64,000 bases of DNA from the human T2T-CHM13v2.0 reference genome, Homo sapiens, in the NCBI RefSeq assembly GCF_009914755.1, contig NC_060930.1, one strand, 5' to 3'. Every line of letters starts with the position of its first letter. Positions within the stretch are counted from its first letter, which is position 1. The notes beneath the pieces were generated by a model. It saw only the letters and a list, made by a program, of their open reading frames with translations. It did no database searches and was not told the origin of the DNA. Both the position numbers and the translations under genes were made by a program. Positions 14,026 to 31,852 of this stretch are shown here, piece after piece.

Positions 14026-17000
14026 TTTTTTAAAAAAAATTATTTCCCTAGGTTTTTGGGGGAACAGGTGGTGTTTGGATACATGAGTAAGTTCTTTAGT
14101 GGGGATTTGTGAGTTTTTGGTGCACTCATAACCGAAGCAGTATACACTGCACCCAATTTGTAGTCCTTTATCCCTCACCCCCTCCCAACAATTTTCCCCT
14201 GATTCCCCAAAGTCCATTATGTCATTCTTATGCCTTTGCATCCTCACAGCTTAGCTCCCACTTATGAATGAGAACATACGATGTTTGGTTTTCCATTCCT
14301 GAGTTACTTCACTTAGAAATAACTCTCAGTCTCCAATCTCATCTAGGTTACTGCAAATGCCATTAATTCTTCCCTTTTTATGGCAGAGTAGTATTCCATT
14401 GATATGTTTTGGCTGTGTCCCCAACCAAATCTCGTCTTGAATTGTACTCCCATAATTCCCATGTGTTGTGGGAGGGACTCAGTGGGAGATCATTTGAATC
14501 ACGGGGGCAGTTTCTCCCATACTGTTCTTGTGATAGTGAATAAGTCTCATGAGATCTGATGGTTTTATCAGGGGTTTCTGATTTTGCATCTTTCTCACTT
14601 TTTCTTGCCACCACTATGTAAGAAGTGCCTTTTGCATCCCACCATGATTCTGAGGCCTCCCCAGTCATGTGGAACTGTAAGTCCAACTAAACCTCTTTTT
14701 CTTCCCAGTCTCAGATATGTCTTTATCAGCAGCATGAAAATGGGCTAATACAGTAAATTGATACCAGGAGCAGGGTGCTATTGAAAAGATACCTGAAAAT
14801 GTGGAAGTGACTTTGGAACTGGGTAACAGGCAGAGGTTGAAACAGTTTGGAGGGCTCAGAAGAAGACAGGAAAATGTGGGGAAGTTTGGAACTTCCTAGA
14901 GACTTGTTGAATGGCTTTTGCCAAAAGCCTGATAGTGATATGGACAATAAGGTCCAGGCTGAGGTGGTCTCAGATGGAGATGAGGAACTTGTTGGGAACT
15001 GGAGCAAAGACGACTCTTGTTATGTTTTAGCAAAGAGACTGGCAGCATTTTTCCCCTGCCCTGGAGACTTGTGGAGCTTTGAACTTGAGAGAGATGATTT
15101 ACAGTATCTGGCAGAAGAAATTTCTAAGCAGCAAGGCATTCAAGAGGTGAGTTGGATACTGTTAAAGGTATTCAATGTCATAACAGAAGCAGAGCATAAA
15201 AGTTCAGAAATTTTGCAGCCTGACAATGTGATTGAAAAGAAAACCCCATTTTCTTAGGAGAAATTCAAGCCAGTTGCAGAAATTTGCATAAGTAACAAGG
15301 AGCCAAATGTTAATCCCCAAGACAATGGGGGAAAATGTCTCCAGGACATGTCAGAGGTCTTCACAGAAGCCCATTCAGTCACAGGCCCAGAGGCCTAGGA
15401 GAAAATGGTTTTGTGGGCTGGGCCCAGGGTCCCTGTGCTGTGTGCAGCCTAAGGACTTGGTGCCTTGCATCCCAATTGCTCCAGCCTTGGCTGAAAGGGG
15501 CCGATGCAGAGCTTTGGCCGTGGCTTCAGAGGGTGCAAGCCCTAAACCTTGGCAGCTCCCACATGTTGAGCCTGTGAGTGCACAGAAGTCGAGAACTGGA
15601 GTTTGGGAACCTCCACATAGATTTCAGAAAATGTATGGAAACCTCTGGATGTCCAGGCAGAAGTTTGCTACAGGGGTGGGGCACTCATGGAGAACCTCTG
15701 CTAGGGCAGTGCAGAAGGGAAGTGTGGGTTGGAGCCCACACACAGAGTTCATGCTGGAGCACTGGCCAGTGGAGCTGTGAGAAGAGGGCCACCATCATCC
15801 AGACCCCAGAATGGTATCTCCACCGACAGCTTGCACCATTCACCTGGAGAAGCTGCAGACATTCAATGTCATCCTGTGAAAGCAGCTGGGAGGGAGGTTG
15901 TACTTTGCAAAGCCACAGGGGTGGAGCTGCCTAAGACCATGGGAACCCATCTCTTGTATCAGCGTGACCTAGATGTGAGACCTGGAGTAAAAGGAGATCA
16001 TTTTGGAGCTTTAAAATTTGACTGCCCCACTGGATTTTGGACTTGCATGGGCCTTGTAACCCCTTTGTTTTGGCAAATTTCTCCCATTTGGAATGGCTGT
16101 ATTTACCAAATACCTGTACTCCCGTTGTATCTAGGAAGTAACTAGCTTGCTTTTGATTTTACAGGCTCATAGTCAGAAAGGACTTGGCTTGTCTCAGATG
16201 AGACTTTGGACTGTGGACTTTTGGGTTAATGCTGAAATTGGTTGGGACTTTGGGGGACTATTGGGAAGGCATGATTGGTTTTGAAATGTGAGGACATGAG
16301 ATTTGGAGGTCAGGGGTTCAATGATATGGTTTGGCTGTATCTCCACCCAAATGTTATCTTGAACTGTACTCCCGTAATTCCCAAGTGTTGTGGGAGGGAC
16401 CCAGTGGGAGATAATTTGAATCATGGGGGCAGTTTCCCCCATACTGTTCTTATGGTAGTGAATAAGCCTCATGAGATCTGATGGTTTTATCAGAGGTTTC
16501 TGCTTTTGCATCTTCCTCATTTTCTCTTGCTGTCACCACGTAAGAAGTGCCTTTTGCCTCCCACCATGATTCTGAGGCCTCCCCAGCCATGTGGAACTGT
16601 AAGTCCGATTAAACCTCTTTTTCTTTCCAGTCTCAGGTATGTCTTTATCAGCAGTGTGAAAACAGACTAATATATCCATCATGTGTCACAGTTTCTTTAT
16701 CCACTCCTTGATTGATGGGCATTTGGTTTGGTTCCACATTTTTGCAATTGTGAATTGTGCTGCTATAAACTTGAGTGTGCAAGTATCTTTTTCGTGTAAT
16801 GACTTATTTTCCTCTGGGTAGATACCCAGGAGTGGGATTTCTGGATCAAATGATAGACATACTTTTAGTTTTTAAAGGAATCTCCACACTATTTTCCACA
16901 GCGGTTGTACTAGTTTACATTCCCACCAGCAGTAGAGAACTGTTCCCTGTTCACCATATCTATGCCAACATCTATTATTTTTTGATTTTTTGATTATGGC

Positions 17001-18831
17001 CATTCTTGCAGGAATAAGGTGGTATTGCATTGTGGTTTTGATTTGCATTTCCTTGATCATTAGTGATGTTGAACATTTTTTTATGTTTGTTGGCCATTTG
17101 TATATCTTCTTTTGAGAATTGTCTATTCATGTCCTTAGCCCACTTTTTGATGGTATTGTTTGCTCTTTTTCTTGTGGATTTGTCTAAGTTCATTGTAGAT
17201 CCTGGATATTAGTCCTTTGTCAGATGTATAGATTGTGAAGATTTTCTCCCACTCTGTAGGTTGTCTGTTTACTCCGCTGACTTTTCCTTTTGCCATGCAA
17301 AAGCTCTTCAGTTTAATTAAGTCCCAGCTATTTGTCTTTGTTATTGTTGCATTTGCTTTTGGGTTCTTGGTCATGAAATCCTTGCCTAAGCCAATGTCTA
17401 GAAGGGTTTTTCCGATGTTATCTTTCAGAATTTTTACAGTTTCAGGTCTTACGTTTAAGTCCTTAATCCATCTTGAGTTGATTTTTGTAAAAGGTGAGAG
17501 ATGAGGATCCAGTTTCATTCTCTTACATGTGGCTTGCCAATGATCCCAGCACCATTTGTTGAATAGGGTGTCCTTCCCCCATTTTATGTTTTTGTTTGCT
17601 TTTTCAAAGATCAGTTGGCTGTAAGTATTTGGGTTTATTTCTGGGTTCTCTATTCTGTTCCATTGGTCTATGTCCCATTTTTATACCAGTACCATGCTGT
17701 TTCAGTGACTATGGCCTTATAGTATAGTTTGAAATCAGGTAATATGATGCTTCCAGATTTGTTCTTTTTGCTTAGTCTTGCTTTGGCTATGTGGGCTCTT
17801 TTTTGGTTCCATGTGAATTTTAGGATTGTTTCTTCTAGTTCTGAGAATGATGATGATATTTTGATGAGAATTGCATTAAATTTGTAGATTGCTTTTGGCA
17901 GTATGGTCATTTTCACAATATTGATTCTACAAATCCATCAGCATGGGATGTGTTTCCATTTGTTTGTGTCATCTATGATTTCTTTCAGCAGTGTTTTGTA
18001 GTTTTTTCCTTGTAGAGGTCTTTCACCTCTTTGGTTAGGTATATTCCTAAGTATTTTATGTATTTTTGCAGCTATTATAAAAGGGGTTGAGTTCTTGATT
18101 TGATTCTCAATCTGGTCACTGTTGGTGTATAGGAGAGCTACTAATTTGTGTACATTAATTTTTATTTGGAAACTTTGCTGAATTGTTTTATCAGTTCTAG
18201 GAGTTTTTTGGAGGAGTCTTTGGGGTTTTTTATGTATACTGTCATATCATCAGCAAACAGCAACAGTTTGACTTCCTCTTTACCAATTTGGATGCCCTTT
18301 ATTTCTTTCTCTTGTCTGATTGCTCTGGCTAGGACTTCCAGTACTATGTTGAAAAGAAGTGGTGAGAGTGGGAGAGTGGGCATCTTGTCTTGTTCCAGTT
18401 CTCAGAGGGAATGCTTTCAACTTTTCTCCATTTAATATTATGCTGGCTGTGGGTTTGTCATAGATGGCTTTTATTACATTGAAGTATGTCCCTTTTATGC
18501 CAATTTTGCTGAGAGTTTTAATCATAAAGGGACGCTGGATTTTGTCAAATGCATTTGGACCTATTGAGATGATCATGTGATTTTTTTTAATTTCGTTTAT
18601 GTGGTATATCACATTTATTGACTTGCATAAGTTAAACCTTCCCTGCATCCCTGGTATGAAATCCACTTGATAATGGCGGATTATCTTTTTGATGATATGT
18701 TGTTGGATTTGGTTAGCTAGTATTTTGTTAAGGATTTTTGCATCTATATTCATCTGGGATATTGGTCTGTAGGTCTGTAGTTTTATTTTTTGGTTATGTC
18801 CTTTCCTGGGTTTGGTATTAGGGTGATATTG
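14026..18831 (-). mobile_element. 5'-truncated L1PB (L1PB1-like), interrupted by THE1
   Basis: Antisense ORF2 peptide fragments (17135-17518, 17668-17916, 18280-18753); L1PB-type 3' UTR; TSD gaagccctaatctc 14012-14025 / gaagccataaactc 18832-18845. Confidence 0.88.
14400..16674 (+). mobile_element. Complete THE1A MaLR element (LTR 14400-14752, internal 14753-16321, LTR 16322-16674)
   Basis: Two 353-bp direct-repeat LTRs, THE1-int between them, 5-bp TSD TCCAT at 14395-14399 and 16675-16679. Confidence 0.93.
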
Positions 18832-20073
18832 GAAGCCATAAACTCACATGTGATGATATTTGGAGGTGGGGCCTTTGGGAAATGATTAGGTCATGAAGAT
18901 GGAGGCCCTCATGCATCTGATTAGTGCCTTTATAAGAAGAGACACGAGATTCTGGGAGATGGCCAAATAGGAACAGCTTCAGTCTACAGCTCCCACTGAG
19001 ACCAATGCAAAAGAAGGGTGATTTCTGCATTTCCAACTGAGACCAGGAGACTCCCTTGGATGCCTACACCACCAGGGCCCTGGGTTTCAAGCACAAAACT
19101 GGGCAGCCACCTGAGCAGACACTGAGCAAGCTGCAGGAGTTTTTGGGTTTGTTTGTTTGTTTTCCCAGACTCCAGTGGTGCCTGGAACCCCAGCGAGACA
19201 GAACTGTTCACTCTCCTGAAAGGGGGCTGAAGCCAGGGAGCCAAGTGGTCTTGCTCAATGGGTCCCACCCCCACAGAGCCCAGCAAGCTAAGATCTACTG
19301 GCTGGAAATTCTTGCTGCCAGCACAGAATCTGAAGTTGACTTGGGACACTCGAGCTTGGTGGGATGGGCATCTGCCATTACTGAGGCTTGAGTAGGTGGT
19401 TTTCCCTTCACAGTGTAAACAAAGCCACTGGGAAGGTCAGACTGGGTGTGGAACCTACTGCAACGCAGCAAAGCCACTGTAGCCAGACTGCCTTTCTAGA
19501 TTCCTCCTCTGAAAGAAAGGCAGCAGCCCCAGTCAGGGGCTTATAGATAAAACTCCCAACTCCCTGGGACAGAGCACCTGGGAGAAGGGGTGACTGTGGG
19601 TGCAGCTTCAGCAGACTTAAACATTCCTGCCTGCCAGCTCTGAAGAGAGCAGCAGATCTTTCAGCACAGTGCTTGAGCTCTGCTAAGGGGCAGACTGCCT
19701 CCTCAAGTGGGTCCCTGACCCCTGTGCCTCCTGACTGGGAGACACCCCAGCAGGGGTCAACAGATACCTCATACAGCAGAGCTCCGGCTGGCATCTATCT
19801 GGCAGGTGCCCCTCTGGGACAAAGCTTCCAGAGGAAGGAGCAGGCAGCAATCTTTGCTGTTCTGCAGCCTCTGCTGCTGATACCCAGGCAAACAGAGTCT
19901 GGAATGGACCTCCAGCAAACTCCAGCAGACCTGCAAAAGAGGGGCCTGACTGTTAGAAGGAAAACTAATGAATAGAAAGCAATAACATCAACATCAACAA
20001 AAAGGACGTCCACACAAAAACCCAGTCCAAAGGTCCTCAGCATCAAAGATCAAAGGTAGATAAATCCATGAAG

Positions 20074-21099
20074 ATGAGGAAAAATCAGCACAAAAATGCT
20101 GAAAATTCCAAAAGCCAGAATGCCTCTTCTCCTCCAAAGGATCACAACTCCTCACCAGCAAGGGAACAAAACTGGATGGAGAATAAGTTTGACAAATTGA
20201 CAGAAGTAGGCTTCAGAAGGTAGGTAATAACAAACTCCTCTGAGCTAAAGAAGCATGTTCTAAGTCAACGCAAGGAAGCTAAGAACCTTGATAAAAGGTT
20301 ACAGAAACTGCTAACTAGAATAACCAGTTTAGAGAAGAACATAAATGACCTGATGGAACTGAAAAACACAGCATGAGAACTTCGTGAAGCATATACAAGT
20401 ATCAATAGCCAAATCGATCAAGCAGAAGAAAGGATATCAGAGATTGAAGATCAACTTAATGAAATAAAGCACGAAGACAGGATTAGAGAAAAAAGAATGA
20501 AAAGGAATGAACAAAGCCTCCAAGAAATATGGGACTATGTGAAAAGACCAAACCTGTGATTGATTGGTGTACCTGAAAGTGACAGGAAGAATGGAACCAA
20601 GTTGGAAAATACACTTCAGGATATTATCCAGGAGAACTTCCCCGATCTAGCAAGGCAGGCCAACATTCAGATTCAGGAAACACAGAGAATGCCACAAAGA
20701 TACTCCTCGAGAAGAGCAACTCCAAGACACATAATTGTCAGATTCACCAAAGTTGAAATGAAGGAAAAAATGTTAAGGGCAGCCAGAGAGAAAGGTCGGG
20801 TTACCCAGAAAGGGGAGCCCATCAGATTAACAGCGGATCTCTCTGAAGAAACCCAACAAGCCAGAAGAGAGTGGGGGCCAATATTCAACATTCTTAAAGA
20901 AAAGAATTTTCAACCCAGAATTTCATTTCCAGCCAAACTAAGCTTCATAAGCAAAGGAGAAATAAAATCCTTTACAGACAAGCAAATGCTGAGGGATTTT
21001 GTCACCACCAGGCCAGCCTTCCAAGAGCTCCTGAAGGAAGTACTAAATATGGAAAGGAAAAACTGCTACCAGCCACTGCAAAAACATACCAAAATATAA
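20074..21099 (+). pseudogene. L1 ORF1p remnant
   Basis: C-terminal half open (IGVPESD...ENFP...FQPRIS); premature stops upstream (e.g. TAG at 20221). Confidence 0.88.
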
Positions 21100-21162
21100 A
21101 GACCAATGACACTACAAAGAAACTACATCAACTAATGTGCAAAATAACCAGCTAGCATCATG

Positions 21163-25087
<3,925 letters not shown>

Positions 25088-25749
25088 AAAGACTTGGAAC
25101 CAACCCAAATGCCCATTAGTGATAGACTGGATAAAGAAAATGTGGCACATATACACCATGGAAAACTATGCAGCCATAAAAAATAATGAGTTCATGTCCT
25201 TTGCAGCGACATGGATGAGGCTGGAAACCATCATTCTCAGCAAACTAACACAAGAACAGAAAACCAAACACCGCATGTTCTCCCTCATAAGGGGGAGTTG
25301 AACAACAAGAACATGTGGACACAGGGAGGGGAACGTCACACACTGGGGCCTGTTGAGGGGTGGGGGGGCAAGGGGAGGGATAGCATTAGGAGAAATACCT
25401 AATGTAGATGACGGGTTGATGGGTGCAGCAAACCACCATGGCACATGCATACCTATGTAACAAACCTGCATGTTCTGCACATGTATCCCAGAACTTAAAG
25501 TATAACTTAAAAAAAAAGAAGAAAAAGAGACACAAGACAGATGATCTCTCTCTGCCATGTGAGGATACATTGACAGGACAGCTGTCCACAAGCCAGAAAG
25601 AGATCTCTCACCAGGAACTAAATCAACTGGCACCTTGATATTGGACTTCCAGACGCCAGAACTGTGCTAAATAAATATCTATTGTTCAAGCCACCCACTT
25701 AGGTAGCAGCTAAGTTCAAGCCACTTAGATAGCAACTCTATCTAAGACA

Positions 25750-25846
25750 ATTAGCTTATCCAAGGTATCACAGCTAGTGAATGGAAGTAGTAGATTTAAA
25801 TAAAGACAGTCTAACTGGAGACCTTACACTTAACCTCCAAGCTATA
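25750..25846 (-). mobile_element. MIR, right piece
   Basis: cttatccaaggtatcacagctagtgaatgg continues the MIR broken at 13959. Confidence 0.65.
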
Positions 25847-26489
25847 ATACAATCCCCCAGTGCACCACTGGGATACTGTGCAACTGCTTGGCATCGCCAA
25901 TCAAAGGAAGAGACAGCAAAAGTCTCTCCCAGATAGAAATGTTGCAAAAGGTGCTGTGCAGGAGGTGTCCACAGACGACAATTTCACTGGAGTACCAGCA
26001 AGGGTAAGGAAGCCACCTTGACTATCTAGAGACCCCAACAGTGATTCCAGAGCCTACTGTGGAGGCCATGGCTGGAGAGAGTTGAACAACAGAAGAAAGG
26101 ATAACAATGGTGTGAGGAGAGATGAGGAAGTGGAGCAGCAAGGATGGATGCAAAGTGGGGTAACAGCGTAGGAAGGGTTGCAATGCAGGGCAGTACCTTA
26201 GCGACTCTGGACTCATTTCTTTTCATTGAAATAAAATTTCCTGGCAACAAATTATCCCAGTTTCTAAGGTCTTTTGTCTATGCTGAAATGCAATGAACCA
26301 CAATGAGGGTGTTCTCAAAATTGGTAAGGTACCAGCACAAGCTGGGAAATCTTTTGCTTACTTAAATTTTCATGATGAGGTTGACCAGGGTGTGTTTGTA
26401 AATCCTTGGCACATTCACAGAGGCATGTCCTGAGTCTTCCTCTTCCAGACACTGTTGACTCCACTGGCAGATATTAATATTGAAACATG

Positions 26490-26810
26490 TTTGGGTGGAG
26501 GCTCTGGGAAAATAGATGAAGAACAGCCCCTGCCCTCAAGGGGTTCACAGTCTAGGGAACACTCAGACACTTACATGATCAATGGCAATACAGTGACCCT
26601 GAAAATAGGACAAAAGGTGCCAAAAAAAAAAAAGCACTGACAGGAAAAGCCTGACTATTCAAGAAAGTTTCAGGGAGAAAGTGTCATGGCTGACTTTTGC
26701 AAGACAAATAAGAGTCGGCCAGTTGGAGAAGGATAAAGGATGGATGTTGGCGGCAGAGGAGATGGCTGGATGAAGATGGGGATGCATAAAAGAGCATGCT
26801 GAATTCAAGC
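26490..26810 (-). mobile_element. L2 fragment
   Basis: cccctgccctcaaggggttcacagtctaggg is the reverse complement of the L2 3' end. Confidence 0.6.
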
Positions 26811-28491
26811 ACTTATAAAGTGAAGATAGATCCTATTCTGAAGATCCTGTTTATTGCTCATTTTCTTTTATTCGCACTTAGGGATAGTTAGTAACAGATC
26901 AGTGGTAGGTGATGCGGAGAAGAGTAAATTGGTAACATTCTACGCATATTCCCTGCATTATAAAATACTCCCCTTCAGTTGAAAAATACAATGTAAAACT
27001 CTGGATCTATCTATAACTGTCTCCCAAATTGCTTTTTGTCTTCTGAGTCACTGCAGGGGTTTCGTGCACCTCCTTTGTACCCATGAAACCCAACCCCTTC
27101 CTAGGATGGCAATAGCACCAGCTCCAAGTCTCTTATTTCCTGTCAATGGCAAATTCCTCCCTAATCTGATTACTACTTTGTTATTAGACTCTATTTTCAT
27201 ATTACCCTTTTTAGCATATAGATGGAATTTTTAGTTTTTTCTAAATGCTTCAGATAATCTTTATCCCTTTAAACACCCTTTAAATGCTTTTTCAATGAAT
27301 GTTACTCATTACCATGAGATTCGTTCCCCTCTGGTTCTTTTCAAAGGGCAGAGCATTGAGGAGATAACAGATTTTGACAAGTTATTAAAGAAGGGTTAAG
27401 TCCACAGATTTCATTGTATTTTCTCACACAGAGTCTGGAGTAATATTTTATATTTATTTTGTTACATGGGGCCTTATCATATAATCCCCCCACCTGTCAC
27501 CACCACCAAAGGAACCTACTATGTGGGAGTTCCTGTGACAATATGTGGCTTGCGAGTTGCCTGAAAGAGATCAGAGAGTATCTTAGAAACAAAGTAGAAT
27601 TTGTCTCTCTCTGATCACGATAACCAGAAATGGAAAAGAACACTGAACCAAAAATAGTAGCACCATTTACTCTGACAGAATAGGAAACTAGCAGCTTCTG
27701 CTTGTGAGTTTTAGGATCTCGAGCAAGCAACACCTCTGTGACTCCTTTTACTCATCTGTCAAACAGAAAGGATGATATAGATGCAAATGTATTTCCCTAA
27801 ACAGAATCCAGAATTAGTACAATTTTCAGTCCAATTTATACAGCTCTGCATTTTACCAAAAGAAAGGACTAAAATAGTGGAGTAGTCCACCAGCCAAATG
27901 GTGAGCAGAGATTGCCACGGGCTTTAATAAGATTCTATTTATAGTCAGAATTCCGGAGCCATATTCACCATTGTCTGTTAGATAAAATAAATACCTGATT
28001 ATTGTATACACCATTTACAGTGTAGCTTTAATAGAACATTCTAACACAGAAATGAGCAATCTTTAAGAGTTAGATGTTATGTGGGAAGGTAGAAAAATCA
28101 CATGCTTTGGAGTCCAAAAATGTGGTTCCTATTCTCTGCTTGGTTTCTTTGTGAGTCTCACACCCACCATAGCCTAAGTCATTAGTTCCCAAACTTTGTC
28201 ACATGGGTATCCCTCTCTGCAAAAAGGAGCAAACAGGTTGCTTGCCCAGGAATTTGGGGGAGATCCTGGAACCACATCTTGTCATCAGAACATCCCCCGT
28301 TGAAAATATTCTGATTTACTGTAAAAATCTATTTGACCTTTGTGGTTGAATCCCTTTTATATGTATTCTTGGTTTCTAAATAAAAATGTTTAAAATTCAT
28401 TATTGTCATCTAAAATTTTTAAAAGTTGTTCAGAGCTGTCCCTCATGTAGCCTCCATTTCCTCACCTCCCTTCACTTTTAAAATTATTTCT

Positions 28492-28780
28492 GGCCAAGCA
28501 CAGTGGCTCACGCCTGTAATCCCAACACTTCGGGAGGCTGAGGAGGAGGATCACTTGAGGCTGAGTTCAAGACCAGCCTGGGCAACAGAGTAAGACCCCA
28601 TCTCTACAAAAACATTAACGATTAGCCGAGTGTGGTGGTACATACCAATAATCCCAGCTACAAGGAAGTCTGAGGCAGGATAACTTGAGCCCAGGAGTTT
28701 GAGTCTGCAGTGAGCTGTGATGGTACCACTGCACTCCAGTCTGGGCAACAGTGAGACCCTGCCTCAAACAAACAATCAAA
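28492..28780 (+). mobile_element. AluJ
   Basis: Diverged dimer with J-type right arm. Confidence 0.88.
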
Positions 28781-28887
28781 ATATATATATACACACACAC
28801 ACACACACATATATATATACATATATATACACACATATATATATACATATATATACACACATATATATATACATATATATACACACA
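28781..28887. repeat. Compound (TA)n/(CA)n microsatellite at the Alu tail
   Basis: Directly visible. Confidence 0.92.
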
Positions 28888-28899
28888 TTTGTATTTTAA

Positions 28900-30155
28900 A
28901 AATCCATGTATATATTTTTTAAAATTCAAATATTACTACAAAGTATTTATTGAAAATATAGTCCCCTTACTTACTCTCTAAGTCCAAGTCTGCTGACCAA
29001 GGGCAAATACTTTCCATTTTTTTAGCTTTCTCTTTGGATATTTATGGTCATATTTTAAAATAATATTCTTGGACTCTATGGAACTGAACACACAGCATGT
29101 AATCTTCTGCACATTGAATTTTTTGTTCAATGTTATATGTGTAAGAGGCAGCCATGTGGTTCATTTACTTTAATTACATGTTGTGTTGTTGCGTAACATT
29201 TGGTTCAATAATTATACCACAATTTACATATCAATTCTCGAGATTGGTCACTTGAACTCTTTCTACGTTTTTGCCATTCTAAGCAATTTACTATGAACGT
29301 CCTTATACATGTCTCCAAGGAATACAGGCAAGATTTTCTTTCCATCCTGAGATGTAGAATAGCAGGATCACCAATATACATATTATCAACTTGTGTGTTT
29401 CACTTTCTTTATAAAAAAGAAATTCTTTCTTTAAAATTTTATTTTTAAAGTTTTAATTACTATGGGTACATAATAGTTGTATATATTTATGGGGTACATG
29501 TGATATTTTGATGCAGGCGTACGACATGTAAGGATCAAATCGAAGTAATTGGGGTATCTATCTCCTCAAACATTTTTCATTTCTTTGTGTTAGGAATATT
29601 CCAATTTTACTCTTTTAGTTATTTTTAAATATAGAGAAGTTATTATTATTATTATTATTTTGAGACAGGGTCTCACTCTGTCATCCAGGCTGGAGTGCAG
29701 TAGCATGATCTCAGCTCACTGCAACCACCACCTCCTGGGCTCAAGTGATCCTCCTGCCTCAGTCTCCCAAGTAGCTGGGACTACAGGTGCATGCCACCAT
29801 GCCCAGGTAATTTTTGCAGTTTTTGTAGAGATGAGGTTTCCCCAGGTGGGCCAGGCTCGTCTCGAACTCCTGACCTCAAGTGATCTGCCCACCTCGGCCT
29901 CCCAAAGTGCTGAGATTACACATGAGTCACCACACCCAGCCAAATTATTGTTAACTATAGTCACCCTATTGTGCTACTGAATAGAAACCAAAATTCTTAA
30001 TATAAAAGTAGGCAAATTCATCAGTCTTAGCTTTATGATTTGTCCTTTTCTTATGTATTCAGAAGTTGTTTCTTACTCTAAAATCATGAAAACATTCTTC
30101 CATTTATTTGTAAATAAGTCCTGAATCCACCTGTGATTTATTTTTGAGTACTGTG
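28900..30155 (-). mobile_element. Old L1M fragments including an L1MA 3' end (~29430-29985)
   Basis: atgggtacataatagttgtatatatttatggggtacatg; ttaactatagtcaccctattgtgcta. Confidence 0.65.
29645..29941 (-). mobile_element. Alu (J/Sx) with (TTA)n tail
   Basis: Full dimer. Confidence 0.9.
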
Positions 30156-30169
30156 TGCCTATTTCCTCT

Positions 30170-31390
30170 TCGAACCCTCTCATCTGGCTCCCACTTCCAC
30201 CACATAACTGAAAGTGCTCTTGGGAAGGTAACCAATGGCTTCTACATTGCTTTATTCAATTCTCCTTTCCAGGCCTTATCTTAGATAATCACTCAGCAAC
30301 TTTTGACACAGACGACGACGACTCCTTTGTGAAAGATCTGTTCTTGGCTTCCATGAAACCACATTCTCCTAGTTTTTCTTTTACACATCAGGCAGCTCCT
30401 TCACCTTTGCATGTCTCTGTTCCCTTCTTGACCTCCCAGGTTCAAGCAGTTCTCCTGCCTCAGTCTCCCGAGTAGCTGGCCCTCTCTTCTTCTCTTTCTA
30501 TGCTGTTTTTCCAGGCAATCTCGTCCATTCTAAGGGCTTTGTGCTGATGATCCTTAACATTGAATCTCTAGCCTATACCTTCCTCCTGAGCTCCAGCCTT
30601 GTGACCCCTTATGGATGTCTCTTGGCATCCAAAATTATTATGCCTAAAACTGAACCCTTGATCTGCCTTTCCCAATTCCATAAATGTCACCCACATCCAC
30701 CCTGACATATACCAAATATCTGCTGAGGTCTTCCTTGACATCTCCCTCAACATCCAGCACAATAGCGAGTCTTACTGAGTCTCACTAAAAGGCATCTGAA
30801 ATCTGTACACCTCTCTCTATGCTCACTACCAAGCATTCATTATCACCCAATGACTCCTAATCATTCCCCCTGCTTTAACTCTTGTTGCCTCCAATTTTTT
30901 TCCCAGATGAAAGCCAGAATGATCTCACAAAAATATAATTGGATCCATGTCAATCATCCATATAAAACCCTTCAAAACTTATTATTGCAGTTAGGATAAA
31001 AATCCCAAATCCTTTATGTGGGCTAGAGGATACCTTACATCAAATGACACCAGCCTCTTTATATATAATCCAGTATACCTTAAGGTCAACTTACAACACT
31101 CTTTCCCCATTTGTTTTTTTGTTTGTTTGTGTCTCTCTTCCCTCAAGCTTCAGGTTAAGTGTCCTCCCCTCTGTTATATGATCTCGTAGTAACTTGACTT
31201 TCCTTTATATCATGTAATATGATTTGTGATTAGATGTTTGTCTGAAAATTAACTTATTTTCTGTATCCCCACTAGATCCTGACTTCCTGGGGGCAAGAAC
31301 CATGTCTGCATTATTATTATTATTTCTCCCATACACCCTGGGCCTAGAACAGTGCCTACTCATGTTGGGAACCCAATAAGCCCTGTTAAA
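30170..31390 (+). mobile_element. L2
   Basis: L2 motifs (ctcctgagctccag, ccccactaga...cctggggggcaagaaccatgtct-like 3' end, ctagaacagtgcct). Confidence 0.75.
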
Positions 31391-31462
31391 CACCGAGGGC
31401 ACATGGAGAAGGCAATGCCCCTCTCTTCACTGAGAAGACTCATAATCTCGCAGAGTTCCTAG

Positions 31463-31852
<390 letters not shown>

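Noticed and set aside
14847-16145. ORFs of 118-157 aa in the THE1 interior
   Set aside because: Broken remnants of MaLR internal sequence with no continuous frame
16577-16590. PRDM9 hotspot motif in the THE1 LTRs
   Set aside because: Copies read CCTCCCCAGCCAT and CCTCCCCAGTCAT, not CCTCCCTNNCCAC
18984-20046. Antisense ORFs in the L1 5' UTR (ORF0-like)
   Set aside because: Generic to L1PA UTRs; no evidence of an intact expressed product
25850-26010. Exon-like segment ending in AAGG|GTAAGG
   Set aside because: No recognisable product, no convincing acceptor and no partner exons
28615-28981. YI/HT/CV-repeat ORFs
   Set aside because: Microsatellite translations
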